A stretch of DNA of 63,822 nt, the filler included, from Octopus bimaculoides (Eukaryota): assembly GCF_001194135.2 (NCBI RefSeq). It is 6 parts of 5 records of this genome, joined end to end, with 100 filler letters (N's around TTAATTAATTAA, not from the genome) between each part and the next. Parts side by side here need not be neighbours in the genome. Positions count along the whole stretch, not along the records: positions 1 to 27,693 come from NC_068986.1; 5 more parts are not named here. One strand, given 5' to 3'. Made by a program: the position numbers and the translations under genes. The notes under the pieces were generated by a model that searched no databases, was not told the DNA's origin, and worked only from the letters and a program-made list of their open reading frames with translations. This document shows, in pieces, positions 11,259 to 24,993 of this stretch. Positions within the stretch are counted from its first letter, which is position 1; the number at the start of each line of letters is the position of its first letter.

Positions 11259-14110
11259 TATATGGACACTCCCATGAAAGACAATGTATGAGCATTCAGC
11301 TTCATAAAAACGACCTGCACAAAGGATTTGTTTATAGTGATCAAATGTTCGTGTTGCACATCAGCTCACTCTTTCCATCAAATCGATGTTGTCTGAATAG
11401 GTGTATGGTGTACCACGTGTTGGGTGTCTAAATGATTGCAGAGCAACGTGAGATGAAGTGTTTTGCTCAAGAACACAATGCAACAGCTGGTCTAGGAATT
11501 GAAATCACGATCTCGCGATCATGAGTGCAACACACAAACCACTAAGCCATGTACTTATATGTATATAATATATACATATACATATATATATATATACATA
11601 TNNNNNNNNNNNNNNNNNNNNNNNNNNNNNNNNNNNNNNNNNNNNNNNNNNNNNNNNNNNNNNNNNNNNNNNNNNNNNNNNNNNNNNNNNNNNNNNNNNN
11701 NNNNNNNNNNNNNNNNNNNNNNNNNNNNNNNNNNNNNNNNNNNNNNNNNNNNNNNNNNNNNNNNNNNNNNNNNNNNNNNNNNNNNNNNNNNNNNNNNNNN
11801 NNNNNNNNNNNNNNNNNNNNNNNNNNNNNNNNNNNNNNNNNNNNNNNNNNNNNNNNNNNNNNNNNNNNNNNNNNNNNNNNNNNNNNNNNNNNNNNNNNNN
11901 NNNNNNNNNNNNNNNNNNNNNNNNNNNNNNNNNNNNNNNNNNNNNNNNNNNNNNNNNNNNNNNNNNNNNNNNNNNNNNNNNNNNNNNNNNNNNNNNNNNN
12001 NNNNNNNNNNNNNNNNNNNNNNNNNNNNNNNNNNNNNNNNNNNNNNNNNNNNNNNNNNNNNNNNNNNNNNNNNNNNNNNNNNNNNNNNNNNNNNNNNNNN
12101 NNNNNNNNNNNNNNNNNNNNNNNNNNNNNNNNNNNNNNNNNNNNNNNNNNNNNNNNNNNNNNNNNNNNNNNNNNNNNNNNNNNNNNNNNNNNNNNNNNNN
12201 NNNNNNNNNNNNNNNNNNNNNNNNNNNNNNNNNNNNNNNNNNNNNNNNNNNNNNNNNNNNNNNNNNNNNNNNNNNNNNNNNNNNNNNNNNNNNNNNNNNN
12301 NNNNNNNNNNNNNNNNNNNNNNNNNNNNNNNNNNNNNNNTCTATTGATTATTGATTATTAATTACTAATTATTTAAAAATAATGAATAATTCACAAGAAG
12401 AATTCAGTTTAAAATAACTAATTCGTTTTTAAATGCGAATACATGATATTTGAAATATAAATTAACATAAAATTATGATTGAAGGTCTTAATTTATATAT
12501 GGAATACTTTAAACTAAATGGTTTTGTATTATGCAACCAGCAGTGGTAGTCTCTGGTGGGTTGGTATTGAAAAGGTTAAAATATCTTCTGTCTGCTTCTA
12601 AGTATATTACTTTACACTCCCATTATTGACGTCTGAATGGTTCATTCTTACTGAATACAATAACTCTCTGTGTAGGTTGGTTCTTTTGGATGAGCCAAAA
12701 CTTACAGCTGGATTCATTAAAAGAGAATATCAAATTTTACAACATAGATGCATTGTTGCAATATAACCCTGGGTTGGTCCTGGTCAAGCAGACATTTGAT
12801 TGATCCAAAGCATTCCATCTAAGACTATCTGGCAGAGTGTATCTACAACTATATAATACAGTATACCTTTTCCCTTTTTTAGCCAGTAGGGTGTAATATG
12901 AAGGAGATTTGGCTATTATTTCTTGCAAATTGGACTACCACTCAGAAAATTCCTCATTAACTAATAAATATATTATTTACTAAAACAACATTTTTTCTAC
13001 TTTCTTTCACTAGAATTTTACACCTTTTATTTTTAAAAACAGAAAGGTATAAAATGAAGGTGGCTTGGATGCTATTTCTAGCAAATTGAGCTATCATATG
13101 ATGGGTCTTTCATTAAGTAATGAATGCTTTATTTATTTGAGTAATATTTTTTCCTTCTTTATTCCATAATCTCTTCTATGTTCCCATCCACTCCCCACCA
13201 TAAACAGCTCTTGCCATCATACTCGGTTTTTTTAATATAAGTTGGCTCCTGTTTCTCATTTAACATGTTTTTATACAATATAACCTGGAAGTTTTGATAT
13301 ATTACATAAACAGTGTTTTTTTCTCTTAATAGTTATCCATCAAACTACAGATTATTTACACACACACACCCATAATTCTCACACAGGTTATGTAAATAAT
13401 ATGCAGTAATGGAGAAAGAAAAATATAAACATTAAACTAATAACAAAAGAAATTGTCAGTTGTCATTGTTTAACCCTTGGCCGGCACTGCTAGAGTAGAT
13501 TTATGATCAAAAGCATTTTAGCAACAACCATCTTGCTACATTTTTTTTTTTTTTTTTTTTGCAGACACAGCAGATCAGGGGTGGAGAAATTTTTTAGTGC
13601 TGCGGGCAAAAATTTCCAAAGAAAACGGTCCATAGGCAAATCACAGGTTCCAACTCTTTGTAAATCTTGTATACATCTATGTATAATTCAATATACATTA
13701 ATAAAGATAATTAACACATCAAATTAATGTGTAACATCTTCATTAACACCACCAATGAATTTAGAATGTTTATATTACTTATGAGCTATTTTATGTTTTT
13801 CAGCCAGAGTGTTGGGTCTCAAGGGGGTGGAACAAACCCAGCAATATGTATTTTATAGTAAAAACAATATTTCCATTCAAATGGCAATTACTGGACGATT
13901 TTTTGTTTGAGTCTAAGTGTTTTAAGTTGTAGTGGAAACACGAACATATGTCGCAAATAAGCATACAAATATTGTATAAATTTTATAATTGAATAATTTA
14001 CTATATTTTGTACATACAAGTATACCAGCCTGCGGGTACAAAAAAACAGGCTTGCAGGTGCAATTGCACCCACAGGCAGGGGTTTCCCCACTCCTGGAGT
14101 AGCTAGATGC

Positions 14111-14272
14111 AGGTGTAGCTATGTAGTTAAGAACCTTGCTTCTTAATCATGTGGTCTCAGGTTCAGTCCTACTGTGCAGCACCTTGGGCTGGTGTCTTCT
14201 ACTATAGTCATCCCAAGTAGACCAAAGCCTCGTAAGTGGATTTGGTGGAAAGAAACTGAAAGAAGCTTGACA
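14111..14272 (+). mobile_element. tRNA-derived SINE family 2 (other copies about 2432-2585 -, 3012-3152 -, 14508-14630 -, 17420-17570 +, 26405-26556 -, 54805-54965 -)
   Basis: caggtgtagctatgtagttaag...ggttcagtcc...gcaccttggg...gtcttctactatag...caaagcctcgtaagtggatttggt..aactgaaagaagc recurs in both orientations. Confidence 0.8.
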
Positions 14273-14286
14273 TATGTGTGTGTATA

Positions 14287-14497
14287 CAAAGGGGTGCTGG
14301 AATGTTCCTGGCTTTAAGGGTATCACGAAAGGTCTAGTTGAAGGCCCAAGTTCTTTTATAGGGCTTAGAAAAACTGAAGGACCACTGCAATAAATGTGTG
14401 AATCTGAGAGGAAGATATATTGAATAAAATCATTATTAACTAATCCTCCTGTATTTTCTTTTTTCTCAAAGCCAGGAAATTTTCAGCACCGACCTCC
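14287..14497. mobile_element. Mariner-derived MITE (same family as 11024)
   Basis: TA-caaaggggtgctggaatgttcctggcttt ... aaagccaggaaattttcagcaccgacctcc-TA. Confidence 0.8.
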
Positions 14498-14779
14498 TAC
14501 ATATATAATCCACTCACAAGGCTTTGGTCATCCTGGGACTATAGAAGACACTTCCCCAAGGTACCACACAAAGGGACTGAACCCAAGACCATGTTGTTGG
14601 GAAGTAAACTTCTTACAACACAACCACATCTGAACTATACATCATTGTGTCACAATATCAATCAGACTATTGGATGTTGTTATACTTTGCTGGCTACAAA
14701 GTGTTTTGGATTGTTTTAGCTTTTGATTGATGCCACTCTGTTGGCTTGGTGAGCAGGCTGGAACCGGTACATGCATATA

Positions 14780-15115
14780 CAGGGTGATTGAAAAGTAACT
14801 CCCTATTTCAAAATACTTATAAATTATTTATTAATTGTAATATTTTTCTCAAGTTTCTTTTGTGTTTTTTATTTTTGTAGTATGCAAATTTAACCTGTAA
14901 TCATATTGCTCTTGTCGTTCATGAACAACTGAATGCTTGCTGCCCTGGGAGATGGATGGGTCGTCGTAGTCCGCATGAGTGGCCAGCCAGGAGTCCCAAC
15001 TTAATACCCTGTGGCTTCTTTCTTTGGGGTTGGTTAAAGGAACAAGTTTATAGTACCAAACCAAAGACATTGGAAGAACTTAAAAGGGTGAGTAGCAGAA
15101 GTGATTTATACTGTC
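14780..15115 (+). mobile_element. maT/DD37D-like Tc1-mariner relic (TIR plus transposase C-terminal fragment)
   Basis: TA-CAGGGTGATTGAAAAGTAACTCCC; HIALVVHEQLNACCPGRWMGRRSPHEWPARSPNLIPCGFFLWGWLKEQVYSTKPKTLEELK, matching RWIGR.G..WP.RSPDL.P.DFFLWG.LK..VY. Confidence 0.85.
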
Positions 15116-15878
15116 GTTATGTGTGAGATGTTTTTGTTGAGAGTCGTTTAGGCTTAAATACCAGGATACCAGCTCCACAGGCCTTTTTGTTCCAGTAGGT
15201 CACATGACCTTGTGATAGGCCAAACTTGTTCGTATGGATCGGTTTCCAACTGTCCAATCACGTTGGCGCAACAGTTCATCTTTCCTTATGCGGGAAATTA
15301 ATCACCAGCCCTGGGAGTCTCCTGATCTTTATAAGAACAGCAGTTCCTGGTGGTACTATGTCTTTGGCACATGCCACTGATCACACGCAACTCATCTCTG
15401 GCAATGATGTATCTGACACCAGCTTTCATCTCCACCAGATACCTGCCTACATCGTTGCTGTATGAACATCACACAACCAACAGACCAATGGCTGCCTCTA
15501 CACACCACCAATCAGTACATCAACTTTGTCTACAAGATCACAAAGTCTTTCACATATCCTTGTTGCAACCTGTTATATTAATTCATTTCATGGATGTCAA
15601 TCATATTTTATAATGGAGAATAAATCATTGCTTACCAATTCATTTTTATCTCACGTCGTATATCATTTTCACATTTTCCTTATTTCCCATCTTTGTTATA
15701 GGGGAATACGAGAAGTTACATGTCTTCCGTCCCATCAGAGTTCCTGGTGAAATCAGTTGACACAATTTTTGCCACATTATCATGGCATCTTTTATATTTG
15801 CTTTGTGCCAATTTTGGGCATTTGCTAATGATGTGCCGTTTCACCCCTCTCACCGCACATTCTGCATTATTATTATTA

Positions 15879-15926
<48 letters not shown>

Positions 15927-15944
15927 TCATCATCATCATTATTA

Positions 15945-16250
15945 TTTTTGGTTTCCTTTCATTATAACTTTATTTCAGCTGCCTTGGTACTGGGTATCAT
16001 CCAGAGGACAGGGGTAGCAAGCGCACTTTTGTTTTGCTATGCATGCTAAAATTATCACCAGATTTATTCCATCTTAGATGGAGAGTGCTTTCTGTAGTAT
16101 ACGGGCTGTACCCATTAAGGTTATCTTTTGTAGTTCACAGAGATTGGAGTTACCAGCGAGTTGCTTAATATACTTCTCAGCTCCCTTCTTTATCAATCCC
16201 AATGCACCAATTACTACAGGTAATATCATAGTACTAAGCTTCCAGGCACA
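15945..16250 (-). mobile_element. 5'-truncated R4/Dong-like non-LTR retrotransposon (RLE C-terminus plus 3' UTR) between (TAA)n arrays
   Basis: WKLSTMILPVVIGALGLIKKGAEKYIKQLAGNSNLCELQKITLMGTARILQKALSI* (stop 16074-16076); ATT arrays at about 15865-15945 and 16256-16300. Confidence 0.85.
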
Positions 16251-16255
16251 AGGCC

Positions 16256-16288
<33 letters not shown>

Positions 16289-17187
16289 CATTATTATTAT
16301 TACTATGTTTTTTTTCTTCTTTCTTCAAATTTTCTTCCATTTCTCGCTGAGTACTTTCCTTACACCTAGGGCAGAGAAGCTCATTGTATGCATTCCCAGT
16401 TTACACACACAAATTCACAGGTAAAATATGTATGTAAAAAAAATTAATAAATAAATAAAAGNNNNNNNNNNAAATTCACAGGTAAAATATGTATGTAAAA
16501 AAAATTAATAAATAAATAAAATCATGAATGGATATTGTTTTCACAGCGATAATGCTCTTCTCAGTACATAAGTCGTTCTAGTTAACATGATTTTTTGCAC
16601 TTCCTGTAGGGATGGTAGGCCTGGTAACATTTTCAAATAGGTTTCAGTACCTTTTTTTTATCATTCCTAGAGATCCTAGTCGTCACCTTAAGATGCCATC
16701 TTTTTTCAATTTCTATTAGCAAGTCTATTATTATTATGTTTAGAATTCAAATATTTAGAATTCAAATTCTACTGAGGTCAACTTTCATCTCTTTAAGGGT
16801 AGGAGTTAATATAATCGACTAGCCCCCACCTCTTAAATTTCAGGCCTTGTGATTATTGTAGAAAGGATTATCATTAAGCGAACCACTTTAATGAAGTAGG
16901 CTCTACCCCACCCAAAAAAATGTTAGCGCGTGCCAAACTTAAAATTATTATTAAAGGGAGAGCAATAAGTTGGAGAAAATCTAGAGTGAAGTATTAAATG
17001 TTTTGTGATATTTAGTTATGTCCCTTTATTTCATAAGTTTCAAGTAATGCCAAGGTCAACTTTGCCTTTCAACTTTTCCTGGGTCAATAGAAATGAGTGT
17101 TGCTGAAATACTGGAGTGGATTAAATCATCCATTCCTGAAATTAGTGACCTGGTACTTCTATTACAAAACAGTATTAAGCTGATGGA

Positions 17188-17379
17188 AGACAGCGAGCTG
17201 GCATATTCGTTAGCACGGTGGACGAAATGCTTAGCAGTATTTCATTTGTCGCGGCGTTCTGAGTTCAAATTCCGCCAAGGTCAACTTTGTCTTTCAGCGT
17301 TTCGGGGTCGATAAATTAAGTACCAGTGAAAGTCCCCTTCCCCCAAATTTTCAAGCCTTGTGGCCATAGCAGAATGGAT
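17188..17379 (+). mobile_element. SINE (GGCGAGCTGGCA head) with 15-bp TSD
   Basis: TSD tattaagctgatgga at 17173-17187 and 17380-17394. Confidence 0.9.
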
Positions 17380-18654
17380 TATTAAGCTGATGGATCACAG
17401 AAATATGAAAAAAAAAAAAAATGCCTGTGATTAAGAAGCTTGCTTGACAACGATGTGGTTTCATGTTCAGTCTCATAGTGCAGCACCTTGGGTAAGTGTC
17501 TTCTACAATAGCCAACTAATGCTACATTCTTGAGTGAACTTGGTAAATGGAAAACGTGCAAAAGCCTGTTTTGTGTTTGTGTGTGCATGTGTATATATAT
17601 GTGTGTNNNNNNNNNNNNNNNNNNNNNNNNNNNNNNNNNNNNNNNNNNNNNNNNNNNNNNNNNNNNNNNNNNNNNNNNNNNNNNNNNNNNNNNNNNNNNN
17701 NNNNNNNNNNNNNNNNNNNNNNNNNNNNNNNNNNNNNNNNNNNNNNNNNNNNNNNNNNNNNNNNNNNNNNNNNNNNNNNNNNNNNNNNNNNNNNNNNNNN
17801 NNNNNNNNNNNNNNNNNNNNNNNNNNNNNNNNNNNNNNNNNNNNNNNNNNNNNNNNNNNNNNNNNNNNNNNNNNNNNNNNNNNNNNNNNNNNNNNNNNNN
17901 NNNNNNNNNNNNNNNNNNNNNNNNNNNNNNNNNNNNNNNNNNNNNNNNNNNNNNNNNNNNNNNNNNNNNNNNNNNNNNNNNNNNNNNNNNNNNNNNNNNN
18001 NNNNNNNNNNNNNNNNNNNNNNNNNNNNNNNNNNNNNNNNNNNNNNNNNNNNNNNNNNNNNNNNNNNNNNNNNNNNNNNNNNNNNNNNNNNNNNNNNNNN
18101 NNNNNNNNNNNNNNNNNNNNNNNNNNNNNNNNNNNNNNNNNNNNNNNNNNNNNNNNNNNNNNNNNNNNNNNNNNNNNNNNNNNNNNNNNNNNNNNNNNNN
18201 NNNNNNNNNNNNNNNNNNNNNNNNNNNNNNNNNNNNACTTTATAATATAATATAATGAAATTATTCTATACAGTGCTCAGGTGCACTGCAACTTGTCAAA
18301 AGTGTGCATAAAGCATATGCAGTATTGTACAAATGTCTGGAAAGTGAACAGTGTATGAGTCAGATACATGCTTGCGTGTGTATGGAGGGGAGAGAGACCC
18401 TGGGTAATCCCATAGACCGGCCATAACTATCTTTATATAATTACTCTATAACTTAGTGTGATTCTCTTTGGGATTTATGATTTACTGATTATGTATAAAT
18501 ATAGGCATGTATGTACTAATTGTATTGACCCTGAAGAGATGATAGGCAAAGTTGATCTGACAGAATGTGAACTCTGAACATAAAGACGAATGAAACGTTA
18601 TTGTCTGGTGTACTAATGATTCTGTTAGCTTGCTGTCCTTTTAATAATAATATT

Positions 18655-18862
18655 CTTTTCTACTCTAGGCACAAGGCCCGAAATCTTTTTGGAGAGTGTG
18701 GGCCAGTCGTTTAGATCGACCCCAGTGCAATTAGATCGACTCCGAAAGGATGAAAGACAAAGTCAACCTCGGCGGAATTTGAACTCAGAATGTAAAGACA
18801 GACGAAATACCACTAAGCATTTCACTCGGCATGCTAACGTTTCTACCAGCTCACCGCCATTC
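18655..18862 (-). mobile_element. SINE (GGCGAGCTGGCA head), internally deleted
   Basis: gaaaggatgaaagacaaagtcaacctcggcggaatttgaactcagaa...gctaacgtttctaccagctcaccgcc is the reverse complement of the family head. Confidence 0.85.
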
Positions 18863-20223
18863 TCTTAATAATAATATTAATAACAATTCTTTTACAAAAT
18901 AATAATAAGAAACAAGAACACCCAGAGAGGGGATACCTCCACTAAGGCAACACCAATGTCTTCTCAATGATTAGCCAGAGATGATTTTTAAAATGAAAAT
19001 ATCTGAAATAAACTAGATTCACTCACAAACAAGAATACTAAAAGTGAACTCGACAATCCACAATCTATAATATAAATCCTGTTGTCTCTGTGTGTAAAAG
19101 ATAAAGGCCATATTTTTTAACTGATTTTCTCCAAACTGGGAACATACATAACTTATACTCCAGAGATGGTTTTAGACTCTTAAAATTTTTCACATGAGTA
19201 AAGGGATCCCTGGGAAAAGAAAACACCAGTTTCTGGGTTACGTGGTCAAGGGAGGTAACTCTTTGCGAAATAACTTTCAGATATTGGTTGTCTCCCTTAC
19301 ATCCAATACCACCAAAACAACTTGAAACATCCAAAGAACGGGTGCGTTTGCTAGTCAATTAATAATATAACAATACTGTTGTTACTGATGGCACATTTTT
19401 TTGCCAATATACAAATGAGGAATTTTATTTAATTTTTAATTCTTAAATATTATTTTGAAAATGAGTTTCTATTTCATAATTTTGTATAGCAAAATTTTGA
19501 ATTTCAAAAACAAGTAAAATTATAATTGAAAATATGTAACAATTCCTGATATTATTCACAGATGCATTACTAATTATATGATGGGCAATACTCATGTATT
19601 ATTATAAGATTGCTTCTATTTTCAAGCTCTTCTTATTACGGAAATGATCAAGGCAACAAGCTGGCAGGAATGTTAAGCATGCTGGACAAAATGTGTAGCA
19701 GCATTTCATCTATCTTTACACTCTGAGCACAAATTTCAGAGGTGGTCAATTTTACCTTTCAACTTTTTGGGGGTCGATAAAATAAGTATCAGTCAAGGAC
19801 TGTGGTCAATGTAATTGACTTACCCCTCCCCTCAAAAACTGCTAGCCCAGTGTCAAAATTTGAAACCACTATTATAACAATTATTGTTTGCAGTTCTGTA
19901 TTGTTTCTATTTTCAATCCCTTTATTTTTAAGAGGTTCTATAAGCCCTTGCTTAAACATTTCACAATCTGCATGACACAGGTTGTTATCATTGATGGATT
20001 TAGAACTTGAGAAACTAGTTAAGTATGAGAACATCGACGGGAATGAAAAATCTTCATACAGGATAATTCCAAAGATGACCATATTGGGCTGGATGAAGCA
20101 TAAAACAAATCACATGTACATAAAATATACTGCTTTATTATTTTTTTTTATTATTACAAGTGTAATATAATCAAAATCTTTTACCGTAAAATTTCTAACA
20201 CCAAAACTATATACAATTAAGCA

Positions 20224-20319
<96 letters not shown>

Positions 20320-21374
20320 TATAGTGAGAGAGAGAGAGGGTTTACTTTGATGAATTCAAGTGAGAGTTGGTGACAAGAAGGGCATTTGCCCATAAAAAAT
20401 TCAACCTGAGAACTCCATGTGATCCAAGCAAGCATGGAAACATGGTCATTAAAATGATGATGATGATGACAATAATAGGTTATAAGTTATATTGATTTCA
20501 GTAATTAACCATTCAATGTTATTGTGTTATGTCCCTTCTGATCCTAGACATAAAAGATTCTGATGAAATCACGTATCAGGTGAGCTGTTATAAAGTATTA
20601 AGGCCAATTTTTCATTTGTTACATAAACTCTGATGACTGCATGATGTAATCTGATTGTAAGATAATACATTTAATAATGGACATTTTCATTTTAGTGAAA
20701 TATGTATAAGAATGTACTGAAGAAATGTAAAAACCTATTGCCACTCTTGTTTATTTATTGCTTGGAATATCAATAGATAAATATGAAAAATCACATATAA
20801 TTCTAAGCATTGGTTATATGCCATGTTCTATATACAGCACTATACAATTATATAAAAATAATGAGAAATTTTTGCACCGGTTATGTTTCCAAAGCTAAAT
20901 AAGGCTGGTTTCAGAAAAAGAAAAACAGTTTTTAAAGAAAATTGTTCGAAATTTAATGACAGACTCACTTTTTCCAACCACACTATTATATACAGTTTAG
21001 TTGTTATTTGTCACTTTGCTACCTTCAACAGAAGCCTGCTGCAATGATCACATTGGAATGCTCAACAACCTGCTTTTTTTTTTTTTGCTTTGAATTAAAT
21101 TTTAATACTACCTTTCACACACACACTATTTCTCTCTCTCAACAACAACCTATCATTATCGTGAAAAATCTGTTGCATTGTCTATATGTTGAAAGACATA
21201 CATAAATACACATACACACACACGACCAACCAAGAAAATAACTAAATATAGTTATTTTTCTGAAGTCTGTTGCATTGTGTTGACAGACTTGCACTCAAAA
21301 TTTCCAGATTTTTAATTAAAACTTGTTAATATGGTGATAACACTCCCTATCTAACTATCTATCATTCACACACA

Positions 21375-21406
<32 letters not shown>

Positions 21407-22074
21407 ACTTCTCTCTCAACGGCTTTTTCTTCTCCCCTTCTTCCCTCCCTCTAATAGATGTTGTGATAGATGGACAGACAGAGATCGGCTCTTTTATAAT
21501 ATAAGATTGTGTGTATGAGTAACAAATCAGTATAACTCCAGGCTCTTTCATCTCACACCACTTTTGAAAATCATGAAAATTAAACATAGACTGGTTATGT
21601 TTCCCCATGGGCAGGGACATCAGTTTCTTGAAGTATTGTGTAGCTCTTTATTCTTCTATGCCGTGTCCACAAAAACCTGTCAAAATAAGAGGTTATATTT
21701 GAACTCAAATATTTAGACAGTAAATAGGAAATAAATGGAAGATGTCAGTAAAAAAAACAACAAAGAAAACAGCACAATGATGTTGTCTGATGGAGCTGAT
21801 GCAAAGACATCACCACTCTTTTAACATCCACTTTTCCATGCCTGCATGGGTCAGACAAAATCTGTTGAAGATTTTCTACAGTCAGATGCCCTTCCTGTCA
21901 CCAATCCTCACTTCTTTCCAACATGGAACACTGAATCATCTTAAAAGTAAACAGGCACCACTCATTTTGCATGATATTTCAAACCTGTTACTGTATTATT
22001 TTCCGTTTCAGATTATAGTATATTACTTGTTTATTGTAATTATCCATGCTGCAAACACCAGAAGCAGTTGAGTG

Positions 22075-22400
22075 ATTTTCAGAGGTCAATCCAAGGAAGG
22101 ATTAAGCCAGCATAAAATTGCACAAAACCTTGAAATTCTTTTTGCTACAGTCAACAGAATGGTTCTATAATTCATCAGCAAAGAAAAGGAATTGATAGCA
22201 TCCTACTCAAGTTGACCTGGGTCCTCTGACAGGTGTCTTCAAGCTGTCAGGTGGAATGCTGATAATAATTCCCCTTGTAAGGCAGCTAATGTTGCAGAGC
22301 AGCTCCAAAAGAGCTGAAGTACTTTTGTGGGGTATCTCCATCAGCTTGGCTACTAAGGCAGAACAGCTGGAAGAAATCTCTTCTTCAACCAGCAAATATC
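22075..22400 (+). mobile_element. Decayed Tc1 transposase N-terminus
   Basis: GLSQHKIAQNLEILFATVNRMV...PGSSDRCLQAVRWNADNN..AANVAEQLQKS*STFVGYLHQLGY*GRTA; double-HTH pattern of Tc1. Confidence 0.55.
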
Positions 22401-22455
22401 CAAAGAAGGAAGAAGAAATCTTTTAAATATGGTCTTTATTGTTGAAGAGAGAGAG

Positions 22456-22518
<63 letters not shown>

Positions 22519-23205
22519 CTGCGCCTGCGTGCTGTGGGTGTACCCTTGTCTTGAAATCATGTGATAATTGTAAAGGAGCATCACTGTCTATTCATTTCCA
22601 GTCTTCTGTGGAAAACCTGTCTAGGAATACTACCTTTGTTGGAAACAAGTGAGGGTTGCTGACAGGAAGTGCATCCAGCCATAAAAAAATCTGCCTCAAC
22701 AAATTCCATCTGACCCATGTAAACATGGAAAAGTGGATACTAAAATGATGATATCTTCTATGCTGGCATGGGTCAGACAGTTAGACAGGATCTGACACAA
22801 GTTGGAGGATTGAATTGAACTAATAACATATATTAACGTGACAATGTAGGTTTTTAGGATTTTGTAATCATGAGAATTTGCAAAAGAATATTTGTTAACA
22901 AGGAGAAGATTTAAGCAGATCAAAACATTTGTAATATGGAGTTTAAATAAAGTAATGTAAAAGTAACTAGACTTACAAAGTAAGGCAAACCAGCAAGATA
23001 CTTATTCCAGCAGACCCGTAGTAGCAAATTCCTGGGTCGATTGCAACTGTAGCACTGTATATTTCATTAAAACTTAGAGAAGCAATCAAAGACGTGATAT
23101 TTTGTAGACAAGATATAATGGTAAATAGTTTCCCTGAAATTTCAAACAAAAAAAAAATGTTGTTCATGTCATAAGAATTTATAAACTTCAAGAGAAGGTG
23201 AAATA

Positions 23206-23627
23206 CCATAAATCCTCAAGTATAATACGCACTTTTTTCCCAAAATTTAAAGGTCAAAATTTCTAGAGTGTACTATATACGAGGTTAAAAATGAAAAATA
23301 TTTTCTAAGCAAAATTTTCTAAGTGATAAATATGTAAAGGCAATTTACTTAATATTTATTTTTCACTGACGTTATAACTGTTATTTCTTTATTTTCTGCA
23401 AACAAAGTGCACAAAAAAGCTACACGTTTGCATTGTTATATATACAATAATAATAAAGGATGTTACCGTATATACATTTACAAACCAAGGATGTTATATA
23501 GACCTCCTTGACTCAAGTTAGAGAAGGGGTGCGTATTATACACAAGGTTTAGGTTTTTTCAGAGGTACAGCCCCCTAAAAATCCTCTGCGTATTATACTC
23601 AAGGGCGGACAATACTCAAGGATTGGA
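23206..23627. mobile_element. pogo/Tigger-like MITE
   Basis: TA-ccataaatcctcaagtataatacgcac at left; gcgtattatactcaagggcggacaatactcaaggatt at right (imperfect inverted ends). Confidence 0.5.
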
Positions 23628-23834
23628 TGCTGACAATTTGATATGGCTAACTGGATATTCAGGCCATTTCGGTGACAGTGCTTTTTTAGTGCTGGGGTCA
23701 TGTGTGCAAAAATATACGCATGCAGATAAAATGAGAATGAGATTACAATTTATTGATTGAACACAACTGACATAAACATTTTCTTTTGCTTCAGACACAT
23801 GAAGAGAAAATTGCTTATACACATAAATAGAGAG

Positions 23835-24137
23835 GCGAACTGGCAGAAACGTTAGCACGCCGGGCGAAATGCTTAGCGGTATTTTGTCTGCCGCTACGTT
23901 CTGAGTTCAAATTCTGCCGAGGTCGATTTTGCCTTTCATCCTTTCGGGGTCGATCAAATAAGTACCAGTTACGCACTGGGGTCGGTATAATCGACTTAAT
24001 CCGTTTGTCTGTCCTTGTTTGTCCCCTCTGTGTGTAGCCCCTTGTGAGCAATAAAGAAACAAGAAACGTTAGCACGCCGTTTGTCTGTCCTTGTTTGTCC
24101 CCTCTGTGTGTAGCCCCTTGTGGGTAGTAAAGCAATA
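23835..24137 (+). mobile_element. Young SINE with partial head-to-tail second unit, 16-bp TSD
   Basis: CpGs intact; TSD acacataaatagagag at 23819-23834 and 24138-24153; 3' body duplicated. Confidence 0.9.
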
Positions 24138-24294
24138 ACACATAAATAGAGAGAGAGAATGAAAAAAAAAAACCATTAAAACATCTGGTGCCAGTTATGT
24201 CTCTGATCATTGGTTTATTTGATTAGAACCGACCAGGAGCTAATACAAATAATAGATTAATAAATCAAGAGATGCAATTTTTTTTTTGTCTTGC

Positions 24295-24605
24295 AAGTAC
24301 TTGGTGACCCTGTCAATGCAGGTGTCACTTAAAAGCACTCAGTCCACATTGTAAAGTGGTTGGTGTTCAGAAGGGCATCCAGCTGTAAAAGCCTTGCCAA
24401 AACTGACCTCGTCTGTGCTTGTGTCGCATAAAAAGCACTAAGTCCACTCTGCTGAGTGGCTGGTGTTAGGAAGGGCATCCGGCTGTAAAAATCCTGCCAA
24501 AACAGTCACAGAAGTCTGGTGCAGGCTTCTACCTGGCTGGCTCTTGTGAAACTATCCCACCTATGTTAGCATGGAAGGCAGATGTTAAACGACAATGATG
24601 ATGAT
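24295..24605 (+). mobile_element. RTE-type 3' end ending in GTTAAAC(GAT)n
   Basis: taaaagcactcagtccac...gaagggcatccagctgtaaaa (twice)...atgttagcatggaaggcagatgttaaacgacaatgatgatga. Confidence 0.75.
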
Positions 24606-24993
24606 TAAAAATTGTGAGAAGAAAAAGCAATAAAAGAGAAAGGAAAGTGGGAAAAGAAATGTTTACCTTGCTCTTCTTTTAGTACAAAAGACGAACATAC
24701 TCCTCGCATTGCTACAGAGGAAAATCCCAGGAAAAGGCTAATAAATGGAACTGAAGTGGAAAAAAAATATATATATTAATAGTAGTAATTATAACTCCTC
24801 ATATGTATATATATATATATATATATAATCAGGTGAATTGGGAATTGTAATCCAGGCATTTACTTCATGAAGCACTCCCATGAATGGTGGCAGATTGAAA
24901 GCTGAAAGGCAGGGTAAGTCTCTCAGAATGCTAGCTATCTTTGAATTCACAAAATGTCCACAGACTATAGATAGTAAAAGAATATCAAAGAAT

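Noticed and set aside
12672-12765. LVLLDEPKLTAG peptide after tgtgtag (ABC Walker-B-like)
   Set aside because: Short, ends in a stop, no donor, no supporting exons.
16411-16521. 50-bp direct repeat either side of a 10-N gap
   Set aside because: Typical unmerged contig overlap.
23835-23920. tRNA gene calls for SINE heads (also 1790, 14111, 40126, 47512, 60508)
   Set aside because: A/B boxes are present, but there is no complete cloverleaf, and each runs into a SINE body with tail or TSD.
24683-24935. Possible small exons (acceptor 24682, donor AGG|GTAAGT near 24927)
   Set aside because: No open frame links an acceptor to the donor, and there is no recognisable product.
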